A stretch of 63,428 bases of DNA, the filler included. It is 5 parts of 5 records of this genome, joined end to end, with 100 filler letters (N's around TTAATTAATTAA, not from the genome) between each part and the next. Parts side by side here need not be neighbours in the genome. Positions count along the whole stretch, not along the records: positions 19,797 to 49,204 come from DRR723986_4940; 4 more parts are not named here. The stretch is one strand, 5' to 3'. Below the pieces are notes generated by a model. The model saw only the letters and a program-made list of their open reading frames with translations, was not told the DNA's origin and did no database searches. Each line of letters opens with the position of its first letter. Position 1 is the first letter of the stretch. Position numbers and translations under genes: made by a program. Shown here in pieces: positions 32,029 through 43,341 of the stretch.

Positions 32029-34284
32029 ATGACCCGCACCCGCCGCCCCCTGCTGAAACTGTTCATCGCCCTGTTCGTGCTTGGCGTGATGGGGCTTGTT
32101 TATCTGGACGCGCGGATCACCAATACCTTTATCGACAAGATGTGGGAATTGCCCGCCAAGGTGTATGCCCGGCCGCTGGAGCTGTTCGCCGGCTCCCGGC
32201 TGGCGGCCGATGACCTGGCCTATGAACTTCAGGTGCTGGGCTATCGCAAGGTTGCCCGCGCGACCCAGCCCGGGCAGGTGGCACGCAGCGGCGGCCGCTT
32301 CGACCTGTATACCCGTGGCTTCAGTTTCCCCGGCGAGCGCGAGTCTGCCCGGCGGGTGGCGCTGGCCATTGTGGATGGTCGGGTAAGCACACTGGAGGCC
32401 GGCGGTCGCGAACTGGACCTGATGCGCCTGGATCCGGTGCAGATCGGCGGCATCTACCCCTCCCACGGTGAAGACCGGATCCTGGTGCGGGTGCAGGAGG
32501 TGCCGCAGACCCTGATCGCCGCGCTGCTGGCGGTAGAGGATCGCAGCTTCTACGACCACTGGGGCTTCTCGCTCACCGGCATCGCGCGGGCGGCATTCAG
32601 CAATCTGCGCTCCGGGCAGGTCGTGGCCGGGGGCAGTACCCTGACCCAGCAGCTGGTGAAGAACTATTACCTGACGCCCGAGCGCACCATCGTCCGCAAG
32701 CTGACCGAACTGGTGATGGCGGTGCTGCTGGAGGTGCATTACAGCAAGGACCAGATTCTCGAGAGTTACCTCAACGAGGTCTATCTTGGCCAGGAAGGGC
32801 CGCGGGCGATCCATGGTTTTGCCCTGGCTGCACGCCACTACTTTGATACCCCGCTGGATCAGCTCGGCCTGCACCAGCAGGCGCTGCTGGTGGGTATGAT
32901 CAAGGGGCCATCCCTGTACAACCCGCTGCGCAACCCGAAGCGGGCTACCGAGCGCCGCAACCTGGTGCTGGACCTGATGGTGGAGCAGGGGGTGATCAGC
33001 ACCGAGCACGCCACCGTCGCCCGGGCCATGCCCCTGGGCCTGAACGGGCAGGGGCGGGTGCGTAACACCTTCCCGGCCTTCCTCGATCTGGTGCGGCGCC
33101 AGCTGCGGCAGGAGTACCGGGAGGAAGACCTGACGACCCTCGGCCTGAGCATCTTCACCAGTTTCGACCCTATCCTGCAGCACAAGCTGGAGCGCAGCAC
33201 CACCCGGGTGATGGAGCAGCTTGATCCGGGCGGGGAGCTGGAGTCGGCTACCGTGGTTACCCGTTTCGATACCGGCGAGGTGGCGGCAGTGGTCGGCGGC
33301 CGCCAGGTACGCTATGCCGGATTCAACCGGGCGCTGGATGCCCGCCGTCCCGCCGGCTCGCTGCTCAAGCCCGCGGTCTATCTGGCCGCACTGGAACAGC
33401 CAAAACGTTTCACCCTGGCAACGCCCTTGTCCGACCGCGCGGTGTCGGTCACCGGGGCCGATGGCCAGGTATGGGAGCCGCGCAATTTTGATCGCCAGCC
33501 CCACGGTGAGGTGCTGCTGCACCGGGCGCTGTCCAATTCCTACAACCTGGCCACCGCGCGGCTGGGGATGACCATCGGCCTGGAGTCGGTGGTGGATATG
33601 CTCAGGCGACTGGGTATCGACGGCCCGATACCGGAAGTACCGGCGCTCACGCTTGGCGCGGGTGAGTACTCGCCGATGGCAATGGCGGCGATGTACCAGG
33701 CGATTGCCGCCGGCGGTTTCCGCATGCCACTGCGCAGCATCCGCGATATCGTCGACGCCAACGGCGAGCCGCTACGCCGCTACCCGCTGGCCTACGATCG
33801 CACGGTCAGCCTGCAGTCGGTTCACCTGCTGCACTATGCCCTGCGGGCGGTGGTGCGCGAGGGCACCGGCCGCGGAGTCTATCGCTACCTGCCGGAAAAC
33901 TTTGCCGTGGCGGGCAAAACCGGTACCACCAACGATGGCCGCGACTCCTGGTTTGCCGGCTTTTCCGGCGACCTGCTGGCGGTGAGCTGGATCGGCCGCG
34001 ATGACAACGGCGGCACCGGACTTACCGGTGGCAGCGGGGCCCTGAAAGTCTGGGGCGACTTTATGGGTAGCGCTGCCCAGCGCTCCCTGGCCTACCGCAT
34101 GCCCGACGGGGTGGAAACCCATCATGTCGACGATACCAGCGGCTACCTCACTGGCCGGGGCTGCCCGAATTCCCGTATGCTGCCGTTCATCAGCGGATCC
34201 CAGCCCCGGCAGCAGACCAACTGCAAGCCGCGCGGTTCGGGGATCAGCGACTGGTTCCAGAAACTGTTCGGGAGTGACGGCTAA
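32029..34284 (+). CDS. mrcB: Penicillin-binding protein 1B
   Basis: TM anchor, UB2H-like region, EDRSF, GGSTLTQQLVKN, SLLK (SxxK), SYN and KTG. Confidence 0.93.
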   Translation: MTRTRRPLLKLFIALFVLGVMGLVYLDARITNTFIDKMWELPAKVYARPLELFAGSRLAADDLAYELQVLGYRKVARATQPGQVARSGGRFDLYTRGFSFPGERESARRVALAIVDGRVSTLEAGGRELDLMRLDPVQIGGIYPSHGEDRILVRVQEVPQTLIAALLAVEDRSFYDHWGFSLTGIARAAFSNLRSGQVVAGGSTLTQQLVKNYYLTPERTIVRKLTELVMAVLLEVHYSKDQILESYLNEVYLGQEGPRAIHGFALAARHYFDTPLDQLGLHQQALLVGMIKGPSLYNPLRNPKRATERRNLVLDLMVEQGVISTEHATVARAMPLGLNGQGRVRNTFPAFLDLVRRQLRQEYREEDLTTLGLSIFTSFDPILQHKLERSTTRVMEQLDPGGELESATVVTRFDTGEVAAVVGGRQVRYAGFNRALDARRPAGSLLKPAVYLAALEQPKRFTLATPLSDRAVSVTGADGQVWEPRNFDRQPHGEVLLHRALSNSYNLATARLGMTIGLESVVDMLRRLGIDGPIPEVPALTLGAGEYSPMAMAAMYQAIAAGGFRMPLRSIRDIVDANGEPLRRYPLAYDRTVSLQSVHLLHYALRAVVREGTGRGVYRYLPENFAVAGKTGTTNDGRDSWFAGFSGDLLAVSWIGRDDNGGTGLTGGSGALKVWGDFMGSAAQRSLAYRMPDGVETHHVDDTSGYLTGRGCPNSRMLPFISGSQPRQQTNCKPRGSGISDWFQKLFGSDG

Positions 34285-34715
34285 TGCGCGCTGCACCACG
34301 CTGCCATGGGCGATTTTTACTGGTCGCCCTGGTGATTGTCCTGCAGGCCGGCTGTTCCATTTACAGCCTGCCCGGCGATCAGCCCGATTCGCCGCCGGCG
34401 AAACCCGCCACCCAGCCGCCCGCGCCGATTCCAGACGCGCCGAAAGCGCCGCCCAGGGATCCTAATGCGAGCAATGCCTACGGCGGCCTGGTCGCGAAAG
34501 CGCAGGAGGCCAGGGCGCGCGGGGACTACGAGCAGGCGCTCGCCTTGCTCGAGCGAGCCCAGCGCATCGATCCGGATTCCGGGGAGATCTACCTGGAGCT
34601 GGCCCGGACGTATGCAGACAAGGGTGATACGGCCCTGGCCCGGTCCACGGCCGAGCGCGGCATGTTGTACTGCCGCGGGACGGAGTGCGAGGCCCTGCGG
34701 GCCTATACCCGCTAG
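34284..34715 (+). CDS. TPR lipoprotein, LpoP-like PBP1b activator
   Basis: LQAGC lipobox, Pro-rich linker and TPR helices (LERAQRIDP), translationally coupled to mrcB (TAATG). Confidence 0.75.
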   Translation: MRAAPRCHGRFLLVALVIVLQAGCSIYSLPGDQPDSPPAKPATQPPAPIPDAPKAPPRDPNASNAYGGLVAKAQEARARGDYEQALALLERAQRIDPDSGEIYLELARTYADKGDTALARSTAERGMLYCRGTECEALRAYTR

Positions 34716-34716
34716 C

Positions 34717-36201
34717 TCAGGCGCGGTTCTCGCACACGAGCTCGAAACCGCTGTCCCGGGGTTCGAAGCGCAAGTGCTGGTTGATGCAGGCCGGTGTTTC
34801 CCCGGCGGAATGACTGACGAAAATCACCTGGGTGTCGCTGTGCGCGGCAACGTGATCGATGGCGCGCAGGATCAGCCGGCGGTGGTGACCGTCCAGGCCC
34901 AGGGTGGGTTCGTCCAGCAGCAGAATGGCGGGAGATTTCACCATGGCCCGGGCCAGCAGCACCATCCGCTGCAGGCCGAATGACAGGGCGTCGAAGCTCT
35001 CGCGGGCCTTGTCCGCCAGCCCCAGCGCGGCCAGCCAGGCCAGGGCGCCGTCGCGCTGGGTGTCACCCCAGTCATCGTACAGGCCAACGGTATCGAAGTA
35101 CCCCGACACCACCACTTCCACCGCCTTCATGCCGCGGGCGAAGTTGAGGTGTAGCTGGGTATCCACCTGGCCGAACTTCTGCTTGATGTCCCACACGCTT
35201 TCGCCGCTGCCGCGGCGCACGCCGAACAGGGTGATGTCCTGGCCGTAGGCCTTGTGATTGTCACCGGTGATCAGGCTCAGCAAGGTAGTCTTGCCGCAGC
35301 CGTTGGGCCCGGACACGCAACAGTGCTGGCCGCGCTCCAGCACCCAGTCCACGCCCTGCAATACCTGCTGGTCGCCGTAGCGCACGGAGACATTGTGCAG
35401 CGCCAGCATCGGCCCGCTATCGGGCAGGCTGTAACTGCGTTGCGCGGGTTGGGGAAGTGCGCCCAGTGCCTCCAGCGGTGGCATCATCAATGTCTGCACA
35501 TCTTCCCGGGCGAGTACCTCCGCGCGCGGACCCGCGGTGAGCACAGCGCCGTCATCCAGTACCAGTAGGTGGCTGGCCGCCGGCGGAATGTCTTCCAGCT
35601 GGCGACACAGCATCAGTACCTGCAGCGGGCCGCCAAGCAGTTCGTCGAGAATGTCCGTCATGGCGGCCTGGCTGGCCCGGTCGAGGCCGTCCAGCGGATT
35701 GTCGAGGATCAGCAGGCCCGGATCGCTGAGGATCGCGCTGACCAGCAGGGTTTTGCGCATTTCACCGGTACTGATATAGCGCAGGCCGCGATCGAGGATA
35801 TGGCTCATGCCGAGCCGCGCTACCCAGCTGTCGAATGCCGGGTCAGGCGCCCGGTCCTGCAGGATGAGGTCCCTGACCCGGGTGCCGGTGTCGGCGGCAT
35901 CGGCGCGAAACTCCGAGTCGTCCAGTTTGCGATCGCGATCGCACAGGGCTTTCGCCCGCTCGAAGCAGACGTAGGCGACTCCGCGGTCCTGCAGCCTGGC
36001 ACCGCGGACGATCTCTCCGGCGACATGCGGGGCGCGGCCGCTGATCACGTCCGCCAGGCTGGTTTTGCCGGAACCGTTGGGTCCAAGGCAAACCCACTGT
36101 TCCCCCTCGTGCAGCGTCCAGCTCAGGTCGCGCAGCGCGGGAAGCGCGCGGTAGGTCAGGTTGATCTTGTCCAGGCTGAGCACTGGATTACCCGCCGGCA
36201 T
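34717..36201 (-). CDS. modF: ModF-like double-ABC ATPase
   Basis: GPNGSGKT, ISTGEMRK, GPNGCGKT, RRGSGESVWDIK and LSFGLQR. Confidence 0.85.
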   Translation of the reverse strand: MPAGNPVLSLDKINLTYRALPALRDLSWTLHEGEQWVCLGPNGSGKTSLADVISGRAPHVAGEIVRGARLQDRGVAYVCFERAKALCDRDRKLDDSEFRADAADTGTRVRDLILQDRAPDPAFDSWVARLGMSHILDRGLRYISTGEMRKTLLVSAILSDPGLLILDNPLDGLDRASQAAMTDILDELLGGPLQVLMLCRQLEDIPPAASHLLVLDDGAVLTAGPRAEVLAREDVQTLMMPPLEALGALPQPAQRSYSLPDSGPMLALHNVSVRYGDQQVLQGVDWVLERGQHCCVSGPNGCGKTTLLSLITGDNHKAYGQDITLFGVRRGSGESVWDIKQKFGQVDTQLHLNFARGMKAVEVVVSGYFDTVGLYDDWGDTQRDGALAWLAALGLADKARESFDALSFGLQRMVLLARAMVKSPAILLLDEPTLGLDGHHRRLILRAIDHVAAHSDTQVIFVSHSAGETPACINQHLRFEPRDSGFELVCENRA

Positions 36202-36325
36202 GGCGTTGTCCTCAAGGTGGGTGGCAAGTCGCCAGTGTAATTGCGCCGGGGGGTCATTGCCACGCGGCTTGCGTCGCGCTGCGGCGGCTGGCTTAATCCG
36301 GGGCACAGTGTTTCCGGTCCGTGCC

Positions 36326-36946
36326 GTGTCTGTTCCCCTGCTGCAACTGATAGAAACCCGCCTCGCGGGACATCGCCCCAGTCGTAAACTGCTGCGTCCG
36401 CTGATGAAGCGCTCGGCGGTGGCCATGGTGCTGAAGGTGCTGGACGGGGAGCTCAACATCCTGATGATCAAGCGCGCCGAGCGCAAGGGCGATCCGTGGT
36501 CGGGGCATATGGCCTTCCCGGGTGGCCGTATGGATCCGGGTGATCGCAACGGCTTCGCCGCCGCGGTGCGCGAGACCGAGGAGGAAGTGGGTCTGGTGCT
36601 CGGCCCGCAGGAACCCTGTATCGGCCGCCTCTCGGATATCAACGCCCGCCCGCACAAGGGTGCTTTCGGCATGGCCGTCAGTCCCTTTGTGTTCCGCCTG
36701 GCCCGCGAGGTGAGCTTCACGCCGAATTACGAGGTGGCCGAGGTGGTTTGGATTCCGCTGGAATTCCTGCTCGATACGGACAACCGTGAGGACATGGTCT
36801 GGGAGCGGGCCGGGGTGAGAATACCGATGCCCTGCTATTTCTACGGCGGTCGGCGAATCTGGGGCCTGTCGCTGGTCATGCTGGACGAGCTGCTGGACCT
36901 GATCGAGGGCAGGAACCCGAAGCGCCCGGTCTGGCGGCGGCGCTGA
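36326..36946 (+). CDS. Nudix hydrolase, CoA pyrophosphatase type
   Basis: WSGHMAFPGG, AAVRETEEEVG and IWGLS. The start codon is uncertain. Confidence 0.85.
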   Translation: MSVPLLQLIETRLAGHRPSRKLLRPLMKRSAVAMVLKVLDGELNILMIKRAERKGDPWSGHMAFPGGRMDPGDRNGFAAAVRETEEEVGLVLGPQEPCIGRLSDINARPHKGAFGMAVSPFVFRLAREVSFTPNYEVAEVVWIPLEFLLDTDNREDMVWERAGVRIPMPCYFYGGRRIWGLSLVMLDELLDLIEGRNPKRPVWRRR

Positions 36947-36951
36947 CGCAG

Positions 36952-37575
36952 CTAGTCGATAGGCTCATCGCCGCGCAGGAACGCCCTGGTGTCCAGCATC
37001 AGTTCCCGCAGGGCGGGATCCTCCCGGCTCGCCTCAAGGACCGCTGCGGTGTCGATCTCGCCACGCACATGTTTTGCCACCAGGTCGACCAGTACCGGGG
37101 TCATTTTGGGCTCCCGGTCCCAGCGTGGCGCGGCGACCAGGTTGCCGGTCACCACCGGACCGGTCTGGCTGAGCCAGTAGCCACCGCAGCTGGACAGGCT
37201 GTAGTCACCGATCCGGCCGTAGCTGATATTGGGAGTGTTGGGGTTGAAGCCGCCGGGTACATCGTCATCGATGCGGTCCAGTGCCATCACCCACTGGCTG
37301 CCCACCGGGAACAGCCCCGGCTCGGGGCGGCAGTAGTCGCCGGTTTTCAGCCAGACACGAATCTCCTCCGGCGATTCACCGCCGCGCAGCTTGCGCGCGA
37401 TGGCCAGATCGATGGAATTACCCCGCGCGTCGACGACGGTGCCACTGACCACCAGGTCGGTTTGCGGGTGCACATCGACGAAGGACCCCCGCCACAGGCA
37501 CTCGCAATCCGACCAGCCTGGGGCGGCTGAAAACAGCAGGGCAAGCAGGGCGCAGCGTGCTGTAGTGCGTAACAT
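36952..37575 (-). CDS. Secreted Cys-containing protein, TIMP/NTR-like pattern
   Basis: A signal peptide is followed by DCEC...DLVVSGTV...GDYC...LSSC. It lies 4 nt downstream of hemB. Confidence 0.65.
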   Translation of the reverse strand: MLRTTARCALLALLFSAAPGWSDCECLWRGSFVDVHPQTDLVVSGTVVDARGNSIDLAIARKLRGGESPEEIRVWLKTGDYCRPEPGLFPVGSQWVMALDRIDDDVPGGFNPNTPNISYGRIGDYSLSSCGGYWLSQTGPVVTGNLVAAPRWDREPKMTPVLVDLVAKHVRGEIDTAAVLEASREDPALRELMLDTRAFLRGDEPID

Positions 37576-37579
37576 GGCG

Positions 37580-38599
<1,020 letters not shown>

Positions 38600-39880
38600 C
38601 TAGAGGGCCGCAAAGGCCGTTGCCGCCGCTGCCACGGTTTCCTCGATATCAGCCGCGCTGTGTGCTGCCGACATGAAGCCCGCTTCGTAGCTGGCGGGCG
38701 CGAGGTAAACGCCCTGCTCGAGCATGTGGTGGAAGAAGCGGTTGAAGGCTGCCGTATCGCAGTTCATAACCTGAGTGTAATTGCTAATCGTGCGCTCGTC
38801 AGTGAAGAAGCCGCCGAACATGGTGCCCGCGTGATTGGTGGTGAAGGGCACACCCGCGGCGGCTGCAGCTTGCTCCATGCCGGCGCAGAGCGCGGTGGTG
38901 CTGGCAAACAGCGGCTCGTAGAACCCGGGTTCGGAAATGATCTCCAGGGTCGCCAGGCCCGCCGCCATCGCAATCGGGTTGCCGGACAGGGTGCCGGCCT
39001 GGTAGACCGGACCGAGCGGCGCGATCTGCTCCATGATCTCGCGCTTGCCGCCGAAAGCGCCAACCGGCATGCCCCCGCCGACTACTTTCCCCAGGGTCGT
39101 GAGGTCGGCCTCAATGCCGTAAAAGCCCTGGGCGCCCTGCAGGCCGAAGCGGAAGCCGGTCATTACCTCGTCCAGAATCAATACCGCTCCGTGCTGATCG
39201 CACACCTCGCGCAGGGTTTCGAGGAAGCCTGGCTGCGGCGGTATGCAATTCATGTTGCCGGCGACTGGCTCAACGATAATGCAGGCGATCTTGTCCCCGT
39301 GTTGCGCAAAGGCAGCGCGCACGCCCTCGCTATCGTTATAGGTCAGGGTCATGGTGTGGTCGGCAAGTGAGGCGGGCACACCCGGGGAACTGGGTACGCC
39401 CAGGGTGAGTGCGCCGGAGCCCGCCTTGACCAGCAGGGAGTCCGAGTGGCCGTGATAGCAGCCCTCGAATTTGACGATGGTGTCGCGGCCGGTAGCGCCG
39501 CGTGCGAGGCGGATCGCACTCATGGTCGCCTCGGTGCCGGAGTTCACCATGCGCACCATGTCCATGTTGGGCATGATGTCGCAGATACGATCCGCGAGTT
39601 GGATTTCCAGCTCGGTGGGCGCGCCAAAGCTCAGGCCCTTCTCGCTCTGGCGCACCACCGCGTCCCGAACCCGGGGATGATTGTGTCCCATGATCATCGG
39701 GCCCCAGGACAGCACATAGTCGATGTAGCGCTTGCCCTCGCAGTCGAACACGTAGGGACCCTCGCTGCGTTCGATGAATACCGGCGTGCCCCCGACCGCT
39801 TTGAATGCCCGCACCGGCGAGTTCACGCCGCCGGGTATGTGTCGCTGGGCTTTTTCAAACAGTTGTTGCGATGTACTCAT
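38600..39880 (-). CDS. hemL: Glutamate-1-semialdehyde 2,1-aminomutase
   Basis: [33 protein letters not shown] and [10 protein letters not shown]. Confidence 0.97.
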   Translation of the reverse strand: MSTSQQLFEKAQRHIPGGVNSPVRAFKAVGGTPVFIERSEGPYVFDCEGKRYIDYVLSWGPMIMGHNHPRVRDAVVRQSEKGLSFGAPTELEIQLADRICDIMPNMDMVRMVNSGTEATMSAIRLARGATGRDTIVKFEGCYHGHSDSLLVKAGSGALTLGVPSSPGVPASLADHTMTLTYNDSEGVRAAFAQHGDKIACIIVEPVAGNMNCIPPQPGFLETLREVCDQHGAVLILDEVMTGFRFGLQGAQGFYGIEADLTTLGKVVGGGMPVGAFGGKREIMEQIAPLGPVYQAGTLSGNPIAMAAGLATLEIISEPGFYEPLFASTTALCAGMEQAAAAAGVPFTTNHAGTMFGGFFTDERTISNYTQVMNCDTAAFNRFFHHMLEQGVYLAPASYEAGFMSAAHSAADIEETVAAAATAFAAL

Positions 39881-39991
39881 AATGCTCTCTTGGTCAGGCT
39901 GGGCGCTTGCGGCAGCTGGGCCGTGCGCCCGTGACGGGGTCGCAAATTATGGTGGGATGTGCCCGGAATATCCACTCCTGCCCAGCTCGCG

Positions 39992-40411
39992 TCAGAATGG
40001 CTTGAGCACCACCAGCAGCACGATGGCGAACAGGAACAGGACAGGCACCTCGTTGAAGAACCGGTAAAAGACGTGGCTGTGATCGTCAGAATGCTCGTTG
40101 ATCGCCCGCACGTAGCGTCCGCACTGGACGTGATAGACGATGAGAAAGGCTACCCCGGCGAGCTTCAGCCAGAGCCAGGTCGCGGCCAGGTAGTAATCGG
40201 GATTCATGGCGATCATCCCCACCCCGAAACCGATGGCAAGCCACATGAACGGAGTGACAAAGCGGTACAGCTTGCGCGCCATGATCGCCAGCTGCTGACG
40301 TGTTTCCGCGTGTTCGCTGGCAGCGTAGTAGACGAAGATCCGCGGCAGGTAGAACAGGCCTGCGAACCAGCAGACCACGAATATGATATGAAAGGCGCGA
40401 AGCCACAGCAT
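39992..40411 (-). CDS. hemJ: Protoporphyrinogen oxidase HemJ
   Basis: AFHII...WFAGLFYLPR...FNEVP...KPF, with four TM helices. Confidence 0.9.
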   Translation of the reverse strand: MLWLRAFHIIFVVCWFAGLFYLPRIFVYYAASEHAETRQQLAIMARKLYRFVTPFMWLAIGFGVGMIAMNPDYYLAATWLWLKLAGVAFLIVYHVQCGRYVRAINEHSDDHSHVFYRFFNEVPVLFLFAIVLLVVLKPF

Positions 40412-40434
40412 GCCTGGTTACCTCGTTGTTATCG

Positions 40435-42165
40435 CTAGAGTCGAGATAGTGAAAAGCGCTCAATACTGTCCCGGGTCACGATACCCTGTAGCACCTTGTT
40501 GCCGCCAGTACCGCGTCCGTAGACGCAGACCGCTTCGGCGGTGCGCGCACGCAGGGTGTCCATGGCCTGGCGCAAGGTCGCCTGCTCCGGCACCGGGGCT
40601 ATGGTCCAGCGTCGTATGTCCGCCTGGGTGAGGTCTACGGTCTCCCCGTCGCTCGGGTTGTCCTGCAGCCAGCTTGCCAGTTCTGCGCCGCGGACCAGGT
40701 AAAGATCCTCGGCGTCGCGGACCAGCAGGCACCAGGTCGGGGTTGCGTTGATCAGCGGGGCGGTGTTGTCGGTCTCGAGGGTCACCGGGACTTTTACCAC
40801 GCTCACCTCCATGTTGGAGGTGACATCGGTGCGATGCAGCATCTGGGTCAGGGGATCGCTCGGCACAACCCGCTGCAGCTGGCGTAACACCGTCTGGTGG
40901 GCGGAGCGCTGGCGGAACACACCGGTATTGGTGAGGTTGGCGGCGACGATTGCCAGCAGGGCGGGCATGATAACGCCGACATTCTGGGTGAGCTCAATCA
41001 CCGCCAAGATAGCCGCCAGCGGTGCGCTGAGCACCGCGCCCATGGCGGCGGCCATGCCGATGACAACATAGAGGGTCGTGTCCGAGGCCAGTTCTGGCAG
41101 CAACATGGAGCCGCCAATTCCCAAAGCGCCGCCGACACAGGCGCCCAGCAACAGGCTGGGGCCGATCACCCCGATCGGCATGCCCACGCCGGCGCTGAAT
41201 GCGGTGGCGACCAGCTTGCAGACGGCGATCAACAGCAGAGCGGTCAATGCGACCTCACCCGCCAGCACCAGGGTCAGGGTGTCGTAGCCGATCCCGAGTA
41301 TTTCCGGCACCAGATAGGCCAGGGTTCCGGTGAGCAGACCGGCCAGGCTGAACCGGATCGCCACCGGCCAGTGCGCCAGCCGTGCGGCGAGTCCGCTGAT
41401 CCGGATAAAGGCCACGATGGTGATACCGCAGCACACGCCGAGCAGGATGATCCAGGGGATTTCCCACAGGGAATTGAGCTGCACCGGCGGCATGGCGAAC
41501 ACCGCGGCGCTGCCGCCACCCAGGTAGCGGCTGATCGCGGAAGCCGAGACCGACGCCAGTATCACGGGAATGAACCCGGCGACCGTGTATTCGGCGATGA
41601 TCACTTCCATCGCAAAAATCACCCCGGCAAGTGGCGTGTTGAAGGCCGCGGCAATCCCGCCGGCGGTGCCGCAGGCGATCAGCACGCGGAGGCTGTTGTT
41701 GGGCAGGCCCAGGCGCTGGCCGATCAGGCTGTTTACTGCGCCGCCAAGGTGCACTCCCGGCCCCTCACGACCACCCGATTGCCCGGTTGCCAGGGCGAAG
41801 GCGCCGCCGATGAACTGCACCACGGCATTGCGCCACGGCAGCACGCCGTAGTGCGAGTGCATGCGACTGAGTACGTGGACGATGCCGGTCTCCCGGTCCT
41901 CCTTCGGCAGTGCCCAGAACGCCAGGCCGAGTACACTGCCGCCCGCCGCGGGCAGGGCAAACAGCATCCACCGGGGCAGGTCCTCGAAGCGGTCACCGTG
42001 GCCGCCGACACCCCAGAGCAATGCCAGTTCGCTGATGCTGTACTCGAAGGCGATAACCACCAGGCCTGACCCCAGGCCACCGATCACGCCCAGCAGGGCG
42101 TAGGCCAGTGCTGACTCGTAGTTGGTCAGGGATCGCCGGTATTTGCCCAGCAGGCGGGTCAGCAT
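40435..42165 (-). CDS. ClC-family chloride channel/transporter with degenerate CBS region
   Basis: GREGP, GIAAAFNTPLAG and APLAAI, with multiple TMs. Confidence 0.88.
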   Translation of the reverse strand: MLTRLLGKYRRSLTNYESALAYALLGVIGGLGSGLVVIAFEYSISELALLWGVGGHGDRFEDLPRWMLFALPAAGGSVLGLAFWALPKEDRETGIVHVLSRMHSHYGVLPWRNAVVQFIGGAFALATGQSGGREGPGVHLGGAVNSLIGQRLGLPNNSLRVLIACGTAGGIAAAFNTPLAGVIFAMEVIIAEYTVAGFIPVILASVSASAISRYLGGGSAAVFAMPPVQLNSLWEIPWIILLGVCCGITIVAFIRISGLAARLAHWPVAIRFSLAGLLTGTLAYLVPEILGIGYDTLTLVLAGEVALTALLLIAVCKLVATAFSAGVGMPIGVIGPSLLLGACVGGALGIGGSMLLPELASDTTLYVVIGMAAAMGAVLSAPLAAILAVIELTQNVGVIMPALLAIVAANLTNTGVFRQRSAHQTVLRQLQRVVPSDPLTQMLHRTDVTSNMEVSVVKVPVTLETDNTAPLINATPTWCLLVRDAEDLYLVRGAELASWLQDNPSDGETVDLTQADIRRWTIAPVPEQATLRQAMDTLRARTAEAVCVYGRGTGGNKVLQGIVTRDSIERFSLSRL

Positions 42166-42304
42166 CGGTCGCGGTTGCTCCGGATCAAAAGTCGAATATT
42201 ACCAGTTAACAGGCGCGGCAATGCTTTTATACTAGCCGGCCCCGGTGCAGCAGCTGGCGACGGGGATGGTTAGGCGGCTTGTGTTCAGTTAACGGGGTAA
42301 GGTT

Positions 42305-43336
42305 ATGGCGAATGTTGGAATCGTGGGCGGCACCGGGTATACCGGGGTGGAGCTGCTGCGTTTGCTGGCCCAACACCCCGAAGTCGAGGTCGTCGCGATT
42401 ACCTCGCGGGCGGAGGAGGGGCGTCGGGCCGATGACCTGTTTCCCAACCTGCGCGGTCATTACGATCTTGCATTCACCGCACCGTCGGTCGAGGAACTCG
42501 CCAGCTGTGACGTGGTGTTTTTTGCCACCCCGCATAACGTGGCGATGAATATGGTGCCGGAGCTGCTGGCTGCCGGGACCCGGGTAATCGACCTGTCTGC
42601 AGATTACCGTCTGCGCGATGCGGGGGTATGGTCGCACTGGTACGGAGAGCCCCATGCGAGCCCGGAATTGCTCGCGGACGTGGTCTATGGTCTGCCTGAG
42701 GTGAACCGTGCGGCGATCGCCGAGGCCCGGCTCGTGGCTTGCCCGGGCTGCTATCCGACGTCGGTCCAGCTGGGTTTCCTGCCGCTACTGGAAGCAGGGC
42801 TGGTCGATACCGGGCACCTGATCGCCAGCGCGGCATCCGGGGTCAGCGGTGCGGGGCGCCAGGCCAAGGTCGACAACCTGCTCAGCGAGGTGGCGGACAG
42901 CTTCAAGGCCTACGCGGTGAGCGGGCACCGGCATCTGCCGGAAATCGAGCAAGGGCTGGGCGATATCGCCGGCGACCCGGTCAGGCTGACTTTCGTTCCT
43001 CACCTGCTGCCCATGGTGCGTGGTATTCACTCGACCCTCTACGCGAGGCTGACCGCGGAGGCCGGCGACCTGCAGGCCCTGTTCGAGGCGCGGTATGCCG
43101 ATGAGCCCTTTGTCGATGTCTTGCCCCGGGGCCAGTACCCGCAGACCCGCACAGTGAAGGGGTCGAACCGCTGCCAGATCGCGGTGGAGATTCCCGGCGG
43201 GCGCGACACGGTGGTAGTGATGGTGACCGAGGATAACCTGGTCAAGGGCGCGTCCGGGCAGGCCATCCAGAATATGAACATCATGCTGGGCTTCCCCGAG
43301 GCAACCGGGCTGGGCCAGATCGGCCTGTTGCCCTGA
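42305..43336 (+). CDS. argC: N-acetyl-gamma-glutamyl-phosphate reductase
   Basis: [34 protein letters not shown] and [11 protein letters not shown]. Confidence 0.97.
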   Translation: MANVGIVGGTGYTGVELLRLLAQHPEVEVVAITSRAEEGRRADDLFPNLRGHYDLAFTAPSVEELASCDVVFFATPHNVAMNMVPELLAAGTRVIDLSADYRLRDAGVWSHWYGEPHASPELLADVVYGLPEVNRAAIAEARLVACPGCYPTSVQLGFLPLLEAGLVDTGHLIASAASGVSGAGRQAKVDNLLSEVADSFKAYAVSGHRHLPEIEQGLGDIAGDPVRLTFVPHLLPMVRGIHSTLYARLTAEAGDLQALFEARYADEPFVDVLPRGQYPQTRTVKGSNRCQIAVEIPGGRDTVVVMVTEDNLVKGASGQAIQNMNIMLGFPEATGLGQIGLLP

Positions 43337-43341
43337 TTATT

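Noticed and set aside
34717-36720. 667-aa extended ModF overlapping the Nudix gene
   Set aside because: The N-terminal 173 codons are the intergenic gap plus sequence antisense to the Nudix CDS. ABC homology begins at ATG 36201.
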